Shown here one piece after another: positions 51,901 through 61,936 of a DNA stretch of 64,000 bases. A model generated the notes under the pieces. That model had not been told where the DNA came from. It worked only from the letters and a program-made list of their open reading frames with translations, and made no database searches. Each line of letters opens with the position of its first letter. Position 1 is the first letter of the stretch. The stretch spans positions 314,624-378,623 of the forward strand of contig NMRA01000310.1 in NCBI GenBank assembly GCA_002633005.1, read 5' to 3'. This DNA is from Phoronis australis (Eukaryota; Animalia; Phoronida). A program made the position numbers and the translations under genes.

Positions 51901-53600
51901 TTAGGTATGCTAATTATTTGTTTGTTATATAATATCACCACTCCCAATGACAGCATTTCATTTTCGTTGTTTGTTTACACATCTGGTTAATGTATTCAAA
52001 CATTTTTTTAGTTTGAATTTTTGAAATGTCTGAATAATTTTGGAAATAAGACATTCATCAAAGTCGCATTATGCAGTGGGTGACATGGCTGACAACTATG
52101 GCAATTTCCAGCAAAACAATGAAAAGGTCAGGCATGGCAGTGGAAATGGCTGAACAAATCAGCCTCAACACGTTCACCAAAAAGCAATCTTTTAGAAAAG
52201 TGGCGAAGCACATGTTAAGTGTGGTACAAAAGGGTCAGTGTTAATGATGTCCACGGAGTTTATCCCACAAAATTATATGATAATGTAAACAGATGGTTGC
52301 CATTTCAGATTGTTCACATGAGAGACATATTGCAAGCGTACTGCATACATAACCCCAGTGTTGGCTACTGCCAGGGGATGAACTTCATTGTTGGAATGAG
52401 TCTCTTATTTCTGGATGCTGAGAACGCCTTCTGGTGAGTAAACTGTGACCTCTGGTGAAACAAACTGTTGGCAGCAGATGGTTTCGTTCAGCTTTGCCTT
52501 ATCATGTCAGTAGAAGCTGGTGTTCTCAGTGAAATATGAAATGATATCTATTTTTTTACACCGGCATATTGATTACTCGGATGCTTGTTGATATGCGAGT
52601 GCATATCGCCGGCCTCATAGTCTGACTGGTGTTTGCGTCGTCTTGAAACATTGTGTTGCACTTTGTTTGATGATTACGGTGTGCATGGCTAAGGTTGGTT
52701 AGGACAGAACTGACTACTGTTGTGCCCCCTGGTGGTAATTTAAGTAATTCTTTTGTGTACCTCTTCATCTGCAAAGTTCATGTTGATTGATATAATTAAC
52801 AAGAAATATCCGCCAATGTTTGAACGTATATGTCTGGTGCTGCGTCCTTAGTGTCAATTTTTGGCAACGTCCTATTTGTCAGGGATATTTTTTTGCATTG
52901 ACATTTCTATTTACCAATTAAAATGATAGGTGTTCACTCGACTCAATGAATTATAACACTCCTTTTTTGGAAAGAAGAAATTCTAACTAATGCTGCAGCA
53001 TTAGGAGCAATAATTTTTCTTCCACCAATCAGTTTGATTGGTCGCTGTGAAACGTAGCAGATGTACTTTTATTTAATTCGTAGTATTTGAACCGTCAATT
53101 CTTGTTAAACCAGCTGACTGCAAATGCCATGGAAGATGCCCTATTTCGGCATGTTCTTGGCAAAACTTGCTGGTTTCCACCCATCCAATGCCTGTTTCAT
53201 CAAGCCGTTGAAACCAGCTCGTATGTTATGGGAACTTACTTGGTGGGATGGGGCCTTAAATATAACGATGTGTCAATGATTCATGTTTTTCTAAGATTTT
53301 CTTTGTGTGTTCTTTGTGATATGGCCAACAGGTGGCGTGCAGACCAGACTTAAAATGTTTGCGATTTTCTTTGTTCGTATTCATGACAGGACCCTGGTGG
53401 CCATCACTGAGAACTACTTTACGTCCAACTACTTTGATCAGAACCTGATTGGTGCGCAGGCCGACCAGGAGGTATTGAAGGAGCTGTGCAAGGACAAACT
53501 CCCGCGACTGTACCGCCACCTGGAGGACATTGACATCGACTTGTCCACGGTCACACTCAACTGGTTTCTTGCCATCTTCTTTGACTCGGTCCCATTTGAG
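27865..53600 (+). CDS. TBC1D2B: TBC1 domain family member 2/2B-like Rab GTPase-activating protein (PH - coiled coil - TBC), 18 coding exons, 760 codons in window, 3' end beyond window
   Basis: all 18 exons bounded by AG/GT and phase-compatible; PH (LSGYLSHRTGGALGRLKSKRRLWF...MMIWLLGLQAKR), coiled coil QNQNRFLNEEV, TBC motifs KLLCRRGVPPQYRSDVW, QISLDLLRT, NPSVGYCQGMNF, LNWFLAIF. Confidence 0.9.
29507..29960 (-). mobile_element. Harbinger-type MITE, diverged/truncated copy inverted relative to 33403-33884
   Basis: shares (reverse-complement) TTTAACAGCGGAGYGTCRAC, GTTATCACCAGGGGCCACTG, TCAACAATTAA, AGTTAACTTCGCAGT with 33403-33884. Confidence 0.7.
30007..30184 (+). CDS. TBC1D2B: TBC1D2-like exon 2 (PH domain: LGRLKSKRRLWFMYDESGCQLVCF...QNQFII)
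   Basis: TTTCAG acceptor, GTAGGG donor, phase 1->2. Confidence 0.9.
30800..31430 (+). mobile_element. Internal tandem-unit block of the Helentron-like family
   Basis: ~140-170-bp units ending in (GCC)CCTAGTGGC, with TTCATGAGGTTTGG/TTGAAATTTGG, as in 13941-14315 and 36379-37240. Confidence 0.5.
31788..31860 (+). CDS. TBC1D2B: TBC1D2-like exon 3 (PH C-terminal helix: CEGREHFLTADNHESMMIWLLGLQ)
   Basis: TGCAG acceptor, CAG|GTAAGG donor, conserved PH Trp. Confidence 0.9.
33403..33884 (+). mobile_element. PIF/Harbinger-type MITE
   Basis: TIRs AGGCCCTTTTATACT / AGCATGAAAGGGCCT; 3-bp TSD TGA (33400-33402, 33885-33887). Confidence 0.7.
33928..34008 (+). CDS. TBC1D2B: TBC1D2-like exon 4 (AKRDAFMKKVLPPPITDKWDMPLLRKR)
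   Basis: TTTAG acceptor, GTAAGT donor, phase 0-0. Confidence 0.8.
34071..34600. repeat. Intronic tandem duplication, 272-bp period, 2 copies
   Basis: GTGAGGGGTTGTTTCGTGACTTG... begins at 34071 and again at 34343. Confidence 0.9.
36082..36160 (+). CDS. TBC1D2B: TBC1D2-like exon 5 (SDTDISPSLPPPASSDSRMRHNSTPQ)
   Basis: TTTCAG acceptor, GTAAGA donor, phase 0->1. Confidence 0.7.
36379..37240 (+). mobile_element. Helentron-associated (HINE-like) element with ~5 internal ~130-160-bp units
   Basis: same 5' hairpin (CACATATTTATATGTGGGTACATA), GTCC/GTCT tract and 3' end as 13941-14315. Confidence 0.65.
37737..37798 (+). CDS. TBC1D2B: TBC1D2-like exon 6 (GSNTCHASTSRNGSVDSANNL)
   Basis: TTTCAG acceptor, GTAAGT donor, phase 1->0. 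Confidence 0.7.
38500..39020. mobile_element. MITE with ~120-bp imperfect TIRs
   Basis: AAAACAACCACGGTTTTAAATCGACTTG...CACCTAGCTAGGC is reverse complement of GCCTAGCTAGGTG...CAAGTCGATTTAAAATCGTGGTTGTTTT. Confidence 0.7.
40542..40732 (+). CDS. TBC1D2B: TBC1D2-like exon 7 (GYHSNNSSDHDSDGVF...KTSSDTELSERP)
   Basis: TTGCAG acceptor, AG|GTATGA donor, phase 0->2. Confidence 0.75.
42265..42468 (+). CDS. TBC1D2B: TBC1D2-like exon 8, symmetric (phase 2-2), Cys/His-rich; possible cassette
   Basis: long pyrimidine tract + TTTAG acceptor, AG|GTAGTG donor, 204 nt open in frame. Confidence 0.6.
43985..44071 (+). CDS. TBC1D2B: TBC1D2-like exon 9 (SLSSQSASGDSAIDHDWTARVTDMEKEL)
   Basis: TTTACAG acceptor (second of two duplicated copies), GTAAGT donor, phase 2-2. 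Confidence 0.75.
44410..44493. repeat. (AATGT)n microsatellite
   Basis: direct inspection. Confidence 0.95.
45149..45286 (+). CDS. TBC1D2B: TBC1D2-like exon 10 (coiled coil ATKCELANLKNRETQY...RLQNNIKDSN)
   Basis: TTGCAG acceptor, GTAAGT donor, phase 2-2. Confidence 0.8.
45400..45591 (-). mobile_element. tRNA-derived SINE (5' head and core)
   Basis: minus strand GGCAGTGCCACCTAGTGGCGTAAG (A-box-like) ... GTGGGTTTGAGTCCC (B-box-like) followed by CCCTTGAGATAGGC core-like motif; does not form a full cloverleaf. Confidence 0.55.
47391..47555 (+). CDS. TBC1D2B: TBC1D2-like exon 11 (coiled coil ...VLQNQNRFLNEEVRRL...)
   Basis: TTTTCAG acceptor, AG|GTGAGT donor; QNxFLNxE motif typical of TBC1D2 family. 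Confidence 0.9.
48156..48288 (+). CDS. TBC1D2B: TBC1D2-like exon 12 (CIQALEAEVEKWKRDYVYLLQS...HGGNR)
   Basis: CCTTCAG acceptor, GTAGGT donor, phase 2->0. Confidence 0.85.
48942..49012 (+). CDS. TBC1D2B: TBC1D2-like exon 13 (HKERIQALLESARKTNPGLPTFE)
   Basis: CACAG acceptor, AG|GTATAC donor, phase 0->2. Confidence 0.8.
49862..50048 (+). CDS. TBC1D2B: TBC1D2-like exon 14 (HVDSHGFRH...QWKDFLKSSVTFKRT)
   Basis: CTGCAG acceptor, GTGAGA donor; DxxGF motif that precedes TBC domains. Confidence 0.9.
50391..50543 (+). CDS. TBC1D2B: TBC1D2-like exon 15 (TBC start: KELKLLCRRGVPPQYRSDVW...)
   Basis: TTTTGCAG acceptor, CAG|GTAGAT donor. Confidence 0.92.
51128..51217 (+). CDS. TBC1D2B: TBC1D2-like exon 16 (arginine finger: KQISLDLLRTMPNN)
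   Basis: TTCCAG acceptor, GTAAGT donor, IxxDxxR motif. Confidence 0.93.
52309..52433 (+). CDS. TBC1D2B: TBC1D2-like exon 17 (glutamine finger: NPSVGYCQGMNF...AFW)
   Basis: TTTCAG acceptor, GTGAGT donor, YxQ motif. Confidence 0.95.
53390..53600 (+). CDS. TBC1D2B: TBC1D2-like exon 18 (TLVAITENYF...ADQEVLKEL...LNWFLAIFFDSVPFE)
   Basis: GACAG acceptor, GAG|GTAAGT donor; TBC domain continues in a downstream exon not found in window. Confidence 0.95.
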
Positions 53601-55076
53601 GTAAGTGTACGGAGCTGTGATACTTGAATGGTCAACAATTCAATGCTGAGTTTTGGGACTAACAGTGCTCTTTTTTCAGAAAACGAGATATTTTCACATT
53701 TTTTCAAGGAGACAAGTGTTAAATAAAATGTTTTATTTTTAAAACTATTAAAATTACGTCTTCATTGGTAATGCATAATGTGGTGTGATATATTCAGGGC
53801 ACACATATACATGACTATGTTTTGCATGCCCTGTTTCTCCACTACATTCCATGAACCGTCCAGTTACCTTGTAATACTATGACGCGTTCTGGATCCGTAA
53901 CACCCTTGCAGGCTATAGTTAAGTGCAGGTGTGAAATATCACAGGGAAAAAACGTTTACACCATTTTACGTGGGAACAGTGGTGGTGTTTATACTGCTTA
54001 TTGAAGCTATCTGCTCAACGTTTTTTTAAGATGGAAGATCAAGTTAAACTATTGTGTCACATTCGGAAGTACATCGAAGTACGAAACAAATAATGATGGA
54101 CAGTGAGAACTACCGAGATGAAGTTCGCAGGATTTTTCAAACATTTTCTGCCAATGGAGAATGGCAACTTTTCACTTATTTAGCACTCGCTATGGTGGAC
54201 AACTGAAATTTTCTTTTGTCAATTTGAGGAGAAAATTTAAGAAAATCTAGTCTAAACCTTGCTTAGTAGTTTGTGGTGTGAAGATGTCACAAAGCAACAT
54301 TCTTGGTGATGTTACCAAAATTTGGCAGTTATTTTTGTGTGAAGTAAGTGAACTGTAAAACAGTTAGTAGAACGTTGGATTAGATATTCATAGGTGGCGC
54401 TGTTGCATAGTACTGTATTGAAATAAAGATTGCAACCTATTGGTGACCTGGTTACATTTGAGACCTAGCTTTCGGGTCTGTCATGGGCCCTTCGTCAGAG
54501 TGCTGGCACGGATTTCCGTGTCACGTGGCCACCTGTGGGCGGTGCTTGGCAGCTGTAAAACACCACCAGGTGACAGCCACCAAATATAACGAGGCTGGTG
54601 ATAGGTAACAATCTTTATTTCAATGTTATGGAGTGATTGTGGTGTTTGGGGCCTGTGCACATGCAAACACATTTTATTTGAGTTTTGAAGTTTACTTAGC
54701 ATGTAAATTCGTAAAATAATGAAATGATTTGTGAAATTTTAGGCACTGACAGAGAATTCCTATGAATGTGAATTAAAAACAGTACTCACATTTTTGTACT
54801 GTTGGCTTATGTTTGGATGTTTCCACGCAAGTTACTACATTTTACTTGATTTTCAGATTTCTCCATATTTCATTAACTCGTAGGTGATATTAAAAGCATT
54901 AGGTTCTCCTAATCAAATCAGCAGTTATTATCCAAGCAATGAAAATGTAATTATCGTTGAAGGTAGACAGTATGTTTCTGTTTGATCATCTATTTGGTGA
55001 CCCTGTCTGCATATGCATGAACCTACTCGATAAAATCTTCCACAACAACACTGTTACAACGTCCAGATGATGTCAA

Positions 55077-55690
55077 TCAGTCTCGTCGACTTATCTTCAT
55101 CACTGTCCGGTGCAGCTGCATCCAATCATCTTTGTTATGGTTGAACCAGACAATGCCGATGAATGCTCGCCCATTCAGGTTACCATAGTGACAGTGCTTG
55201 TACCACCAACCAGACGTGTAAAAGCGAGCGCAGTGCGTACTGCTGGCGTCGTTGTCCATCTCCTGTGTGCTGAAGGCCATGTTGTTTGAGTATGACAGCG
55301 AATCGGTGGCGTTACCCGTGTATCCACTCACCGACAGCTTGTAGTTGTTGGCTTCGTCACCAACGCGGAAGTGCTGATACTCCGCTACCCACAATTCATT
55401 TTTCATATCCCACATTTCAATGCGCAGACTATAGTTTCCCTGGTGTGTCATGTGATAGAGATTTTCGTTGCCTATCCAGTAATCACCGTCAAGGTCTCCA
55501 AAACCTTCACGGTAGTCGTACCATGGGCGGGCAAAGGACACGTCTCCTTTCACACGTCGTTGAATGACGGTCCACGATTGTTGTCGATTTGGCACGTTGC
55601 ACTTTACAGGTAGTGAGAGAGTGGACCCCATTGGTCGAATCAGATAGAAGCCAGTCATTGGGTTACCTTGCCTGAATATTTGAGTACAGT
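55077..55690 (-). CDS. sca: Scabrous-like coding exon 4 (complete fibrinogen C-terminal domain, TGA stop)
   Basis: TTTCAG acceptor; DCTQI...WTVIQRRVKGDVSFARPWYDYREGFGD...YWIGNENL...NDASSTHCARFYTSGWWYKHCHYGNLNG; minus-strand AATAAA near 54614 and 54673. Confidence 0.95.
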
Positions 55691-58600
55691 CTGAAAGAAA
55701 TATATAACTACAGTTAATCTTCCACTACAATGGCATATGGGTGAGACTGCATTGATGGCTATACAAATATTGACCAATCCTGAGGTTGATAACTGGTCCC
55801 AAGAGCAACATTGATCTCCATTGGTCCATATGATCTTATGTCACTGTCTCAGGATCAATATGTAACACCTCAAGATATGCTTTATTCTTCTGATTATTTC
55901 GGCTCAGGTTAGGTAAGCTTGATGTTTTTACTGGCATCGTCTGCTCTGTTTGTGCTCAGAGCTTATTGTTTCTACTGCCTGATTGGTCAGATGACAAATA
56001 TTGACATCTGACATTGAAGTGGCATGAATAAAACGCGATATACCACAACCAGCTTGGTAAGTATTGCGATTTGTCAGAAATTATCGCACAAGGTTTTAGC
56101 CAATCAGAGGACAGAAGTATTAGTGGCTTTGTGATAATCAAATTATAACACTTACCCTTTGGCAGGAAAGTCGCAAATCTGTCCACCTCCTGCTGCGAAT
56201 GCTCAAATGAAGGAATGAGGCTGGAAATGTTCTCGGACATCTGTGACAGTTTCGTGATGGCCACGTCATTGGTATGAGCGTAAGAACTAATCTCCGTGAT
56301 GTCCGAAACTAGTTTCCTGATATGTCGGTCATGTGATTCGCTGCTCTGTTTCAGGAAACGGAGCTCGAGTTCTAGATTCCTGACGCGTAATTCATGGGTG
56401 GCCTTGCTGTGCGACCTTTGGCATTCCTGTAGTGAGGCATTAAGCACTTTGACCTCAACATGTGCTAGACGGTTGTCAATAGAGCTCACTTTGGGCGTCA
56501 GTTTGTCCAGTTTGTAAACGGCACTCTTTAAAGCTGATGACGCACGGCTGACGTGCGTCTTGAGACGATCTGATGTCAGTGAGACATTGTCCTGAATAGA
56601 TTTAACATGAACGGTCATCGTTCGTTGTTTCTCCTGCACTTGGTGTTGAATGTCTGCCAGGAGTTTCTGAATATATCGAATACGTCCTCCAAATGGTATG
56701 GTGCTCTCGCGGGTTTTCTCTATCTTGTACTTGTTTTCTAACATTGCCCTCTCGTTATCCTTAATGTCCACATCGACCGTTTTACGCCACTTCGACACAT
56801 CAAGTAACTGATCTGACAAGTTAATAATATTGTCTTCCACACTCTTGAATGCCTGTGTCCAGCCCGTCTTGGCATCGTGCAGCAAATCTTGTACAGCAGA
56901 TACTGTGCTAGACATGTTTTGCAATGTAAAATTCAGGATGTCCATCTTGGATGACTGCGATGACACCTGGTGGTGAATGTTGCTCACTCTGGTGGTCACC
57001 ATCTGCTCTGTCTTGGAGATGTGATTCATGGCATGCCCTATAGTGTTACTGTTCTCTTCTACGGTCGATGCAATCTTGTCCCATTCTTCACGGTCACCTG
57101 ACCCCTCTGTGTTCCCTACATCCACCAGTCTCACCTGGTTGGTGATGTTGAGCTCTTTCTTGAAGTTGTTTACGGCCAGCTCCAGCCCTGTAAAGTTGAG
57201 CTTACCCTCATGCACCACATCGGTAACGCGTTGCAGCCTGTCTTCAATTCTATTCAGGCGCCGATCAAAGTTATCTACCCTGATCTGTTGACCCTCGTAG
57301 GTTTCTTCTATCAGGTCCATGAATGTTTCCAGTGAGCCGTTGGTGATCTTCTGCTCCCTTTTGATGATGAGCACGTCATCATGGAATCGGTTCTGGGCAT
57401 CCTTGAGGTCTCTTACAGCCTAAAACATGAACACACTTCCTCAATAATGCGTAACCTTATGTCTAAGAAAAAAGCTGTCGATCACTCACTTTTGGGCCCA
57501 TGAATGTGTTGAACATTTCAAACATTTCCAGTTTCAATGAGTGTCCCAGTCGGACATGGTTTTCTAAATAATGCAGATATCTGACCAGTAGTTTTGTTTT
57601 CCCTGGCATAACATGCGCTGACGCACTGGCCATCCCGTATCAACTGAATTTACGTTACAATAAGCGCCCCCCTTGAAACAAATTTGTCTTTGGATCCGGG
57701 CACTTATTAGGGAGAATATAGTAGTTCCAGTTGAAGTCACTAAATGTAATAATTTCTGTGCTCCACACAAATAAATTTAGATCAGCGTCGCCGATACTGT
57801 CCATGGTTGGCGCTCAAGGTTCTTTCATTGACAGAGTGTAGGATACCATCCAACAGGCGTAAAACGTGCGTGATAGAAAGGTGAAATGTTCTTAGCGTAG
57901 ACTAGCAAAATGGCCACCACTGAAGTAATAGAATTGGCTTGGCTCGAATATTGAATTACGGGAGGATACAAGGAATTTCAGGTCCATAAGTGAAGGTTTC
58001 TCAATATTAGCGTCTTGTGAGGGCATTACAGACCGCACCTTGCTTGGACCATGATTTTTAACTCTTATAAAGCACTAGTGAGGTTTATGTAACTCTTGAA
58101 TGACTGTTTGTTGGAAGTTCCTGGACAAACTTAGACTGTTCAGGGACAACGAAATTTCTTACTGCGTAAAAACGCCTGAGGTCTGTTTCACAAAAATGAC
58201 TTAAGACCGAAATTCGATCTTATGCTCCCTTTCCACAATCGCTGAAAAAAAAGTTAGCCAAATAATTATGAGCGCATCACAGTCTACAAATAATTTAGCA
58301 CCTGTGTGTTTATTCTCAGAGACGTAGCACATTTGTACAAGTGAGGTTGTGAAGCAGTTGTGTCGAGCGTAAGACCATACTTCTGACTTCAAGTCACTTT
58401 TCGTGAAAAATATCCCTGACCCTTCCTCATTGACGTGGTTTGCGTTTGCCCAAAGAAACTATCAAGCTGACAAAAACACTAACGTTTGGTTTACACTACT
58501 AATCACCATTAAGCGGGTCCCAACTGGCTCTTTGCTCAAATTACGGAATAAATGCTAAATGGAGAGTTCGCTATTGTTCAAGTCCCTGATTTATTGGCTT

Positions 58601-61600
58601 ATTGGTTGAGTTCACACTCCCGACATTACGTGACCCCCAAAGTCAAAGCAGTTGATTGAGATAGGTAGTGAAGAATAGCAAACTGTTAGTTCTTGCAATA
58701 CCAAGTCACTTCTAATCTTGGTTCATATAAAGTGCACCATAGAGGGCTTGGGTGCTATAGCCACTGCACTTATTTCAGTGGTGCATCACCCATGGACATG
58801 GATGGCACACACCATAGGAGGCTGGGGGGCTATGGCCCCCCACTTATTTCAGTGCTGTGGTAAGGAACAATGAGAGACCAATTTTTGAAGAGCTATTCTT
58901 TTTGAACAGCACCTATTCTTTTTGAACGGCACCTATTCTTTTTGAACGGCACCTATTCTTTTTGAACGGTACCTATTCTTTTTGAACGGCACCTATTCTT
59001 TTGGAACAGCACCTATTCTTTTTGAACAGCACATATTCTTTTTGAACAGCACCTAATTCTTTTTGAACAGCACCTAATTCTTTTTGAACAGCACCTATTC
59101 CACGTCAAAAGTTAAATTTTTATGAAGGTGGGTTTCTAGCAGCTTCAGGTGCTATTAAGAGAGATACCAACAATACATGTTGTCTATTCTTTGGCTCACC
59201 CATTTCTGATCCTCGGTCTCTTTCTTTAGTTTGGCTAGTTCAGCTATTCGCTCCCCCTGTTGGCTCTGTAGCNGTTGGTGATCTTCTGCTCCCTTTTGAT
59301 GATGAGCACGTCGTCATGGAATCGGTTCTGGGCATCCTTGAGGTCTCTTACAGCCTAAAACATGAACACACTTCCTCAATGATGCGTAACCTTATGTCTA
59401 AGAAAAACGCTGTCGATCACTCACTTTTGGGCCCATGAATGTGTTGAACATTACAAACATTTCCAGTTTCAATGAGTGTCCCAGTCGGACATGGTTTTCT
59501 AAATAATGCAGATATCTGACCAGTAGTTTTGTTTTCCCTGGCATCACATGCGCTGACTCACTGACCATCCCGTATCAACTGAGTTTAGGTTACAATAAGC
59601 GCCCCCCTTGAAACGAATTTGTCTTTGCACCCGGGCACTTATTAGGGCGAATATAGTAGTTCCAGTTGAAGTCACTTAATGTAATAATTTCTGTGCTCCA
59701 CACAAATAAATTTAGATCAGCGTCGCTGATACTGTCCATGGTTGGCGCTCAAGGTTCTTTCATTGACAGAGTGTACGGTACCATCCAACGTGCGTGATAG
59801 AAAGGTGACATGTTCTTAGCGTAGACTAGCAAAATGGCCACCACTGAAGTGATAGAATTGGCTTGGCTGGAATATTGAATTACGGGAGGATACAAGGAAT
59901 TTCAGGTCCATAAGTGAAGGTTTCTCAATATTAATGTCTTGCGAGGGCATTACAGACCACACCTTGCTTGGACCATGATTTTTAACACTTATAAAGCACT
60001 AGTGAGGTTTATGTAACTTTTGAATGACTGTTTGTTGGAAGTTCCTGGACAAACTCAGACTGTTCAGGGAAAACGAAATTTCTTACTGCGTAAAAACGCC
60101 TGACGTCTGTTTCACAAAAATGACTTAAGACAGAAATTTGATCTTATGCTCCCTTTCCACAATCGCTGAAAATAAAGATAGCTAAATAATTGTGAGCGCA
60201 TCACAGTCTACAAATAATTTAGCACCTGTGTGTTTATTCTCAGAGATGTAGCACATTTGTACAAGTGAGGTTGTGAAGCAGTTGCGTTGAGCGTAAGACC
60301 ATACTTCTGACTTCAAGTCACTTTTCGTGAAACATATCCCTGACCCTTCCTCATTGACGTGGTTTGCGTTTGCCCCAAGGAACTATCTGACACAACACTA
60401 TCTTTTGGTTTACACTACTAATCACCATCCCAACTATCTGTTTGCTCAGATTACGGAATAAATGCTAAATGGAGAGTTCGCTATTGTTCAAGTCCCTGAT
60501 TTATTGGCTTATTGGTTGAGTTCACACTCCCGGCATTACGTGACCCCCAAAGTCAAAGCAGTTGATTGAGATAGGTAGTGAAGAATAGCAAACTGTTAGT
60601 TCTTGCAATACCTAGTCGCTTCTAACCTTGGTATATGGGGAGTGCAACATAGAGGGCTTGGGTGCTATAGCCACTGCACTTGTTTCAGTGGTGCATCACC
60701 CATGGACATGGGTGGCACACACCATAGGAGGCTGGGGGCTATAGCCCCCCACTTATTTCAGTGCTGTGTCACCTATGTGGTAAGGAACAAAGAGATACCA
60801 ATTTTTGAACAGCTCGTATTCTTTTTGAACAGCACCTATTCTTTTTAAACAGCACCAGTCCTATTCTTTTTGAACAGCACCTAATTCTTTTTGAACAGCA
60901 TCTATTCTACGTCAAAAGTTAAATTTTTATGAAGTTGGGTTTCTAGGAGCTTCAAGTGCTATTAAGAGAGATACCAACAATACATGTTGTCTATTCTTTG
61001 GCTCACCCATTTCTGATCCTCGGTCTCTTTCTTTAGTTTGGCTAGTTCAGCTGTTCGCTCCCCCTGTTGGCTCTGTAGCAACACCACCGCTGCCTTTATC
61101 TTACTAAACTCTGTCTCTTGTCGATCAACCTTCTCTTGCAACAGATGCAGCGCTGACCTGAAAATGCACGGGTGAAATGATGGGGTCATGCTGAGTTGTC
61201 ATGTGGTACTCCAGCTGCACGATGACACTTGTTGCCAACAGGGTGCATTCACTAAGGCTTTTTGACAAAGGCATTGACGTAATGCCCAAACATCATGTCC
61301 CGCTATGTCATTTTTGGTGTCAGATTTTTATAACTCCATAGTGATTGTATGTGGGTAAGAAGAATGGTTTCTCTTGTCATAGTTAAAATTAGTGTGCAAG
61401 TCGTTTTGTAAATCTCTGAAGAAAATTTATGTTCAAAACACCAAAAAGAATTAAACATCGAAAAGGACTGCGAGTGGTGGGTGGAGATTTGCCATGGAAT
61501 TGCTGTCTTATCAAACCACTCTCATATTTGGATCGTAAATATCAACTTAAAAGAATTGCTAAAGGCAGCAGTAAAAATAGTACACAATTTTATAGACTAC

Positions 61601-61936
61601 ACATGAAGAATACATTTTCAATTCCCTAAGATTGACTATTACTTCTAAGTTACTATTAAAACATGTGAACAATCATCTGTTCATGTTTTATCACCTTTGC
61701 CGAGCATACGTTAGACGTTGTTCCTTCATTTGATGTTGCAATTCAGTCACCATGGCAACAAGGTCGTCTTCATCACCAGTAATGACATTCGTCCGCTGCC
61801 AGGCTGGGTCAGGCCTTGGAATGTCACCACTAGAGACCTCTATGTCCCTTATTTGACTCAGTGTTCCTGCCATAGATGGCGTGATGAGAAGAGATAAAAG
61901 AACAGTCATTGCCAACACCGCACAGCAGTGGTCCAT
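55077..61936 (-). CDS. sca: Scabrous-like secreted coiled-coil fibrinogen C-terminal domain (FReD) protein, 4 coding exons, 756 aa; nested antisense in TBC1D2-like intron
   Basis: join(61936-61695, 61157-61007, 57419-56156, 55690-55077), phase-consistent; hydrophobic signal peptide, long heptad-rich region, LPKDC junction, FReD WTVIQRR...GWWY..C..GNLNG with Scabrous-like C-terminus. Confidence 0.88.
56156..57419 (-). CDS. sca: Scabrous-like coding exon 3 (1264 nt, coiled-coil region, ends FATFLPK)
   Basis: TTTTAG acceptor, GTAAGT donor, long open frame (ORF 55956-57374). Confidence 0.9.
57339..61079. repeat. Head-to-tail duplication (57339-59272 and 59274-61079) joined by a single N; probable uncollapsed haplotypes
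   Basis: both copies start GTTGGTGATCTTCTGCTCCC and end CTGTTGGCTCTGTAGC, differ by scattered SNPs/indels; junction is exactly the N at 59273. Confidence 0.85.
58882..59100. repeat. VNTR, ~20-bp unit TTTTTGAACRGCACCTATTC (~11 units; ~5 units in the second copy at ~60802-60908)
   Basis: direct inspection. Confidence 0.9.
61007..61157 (-). CDS. sca: Scabrous-like coding exon 2 (SALHLLQEKVDRQETEF...EDQKW)
   Basis: TTTTCAG acceptor, GTGAGC donor, phase 2->0. Confidence 0.85.
61695..61936 (-). CDS. sca: Scabrous-like coding exon 1 (signal peptide MDHCCAVLAMTVLLSLLITPSMAG...); exon starts at acceptor 62033
   Basis: in-frame TAA upstream, TTTTCAG acceptor at 62034-62035, AG|GTGATA donor, phase 2. 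Confidence 0.8.

Noticed and set aside
55956-56155. C-terminal tail of the 472-aa ORF (KCYNLIITKPL...)
   Set aside because: Intron read-through past the GTAAGT donor at 56155; spliced product continues into the FReD exon
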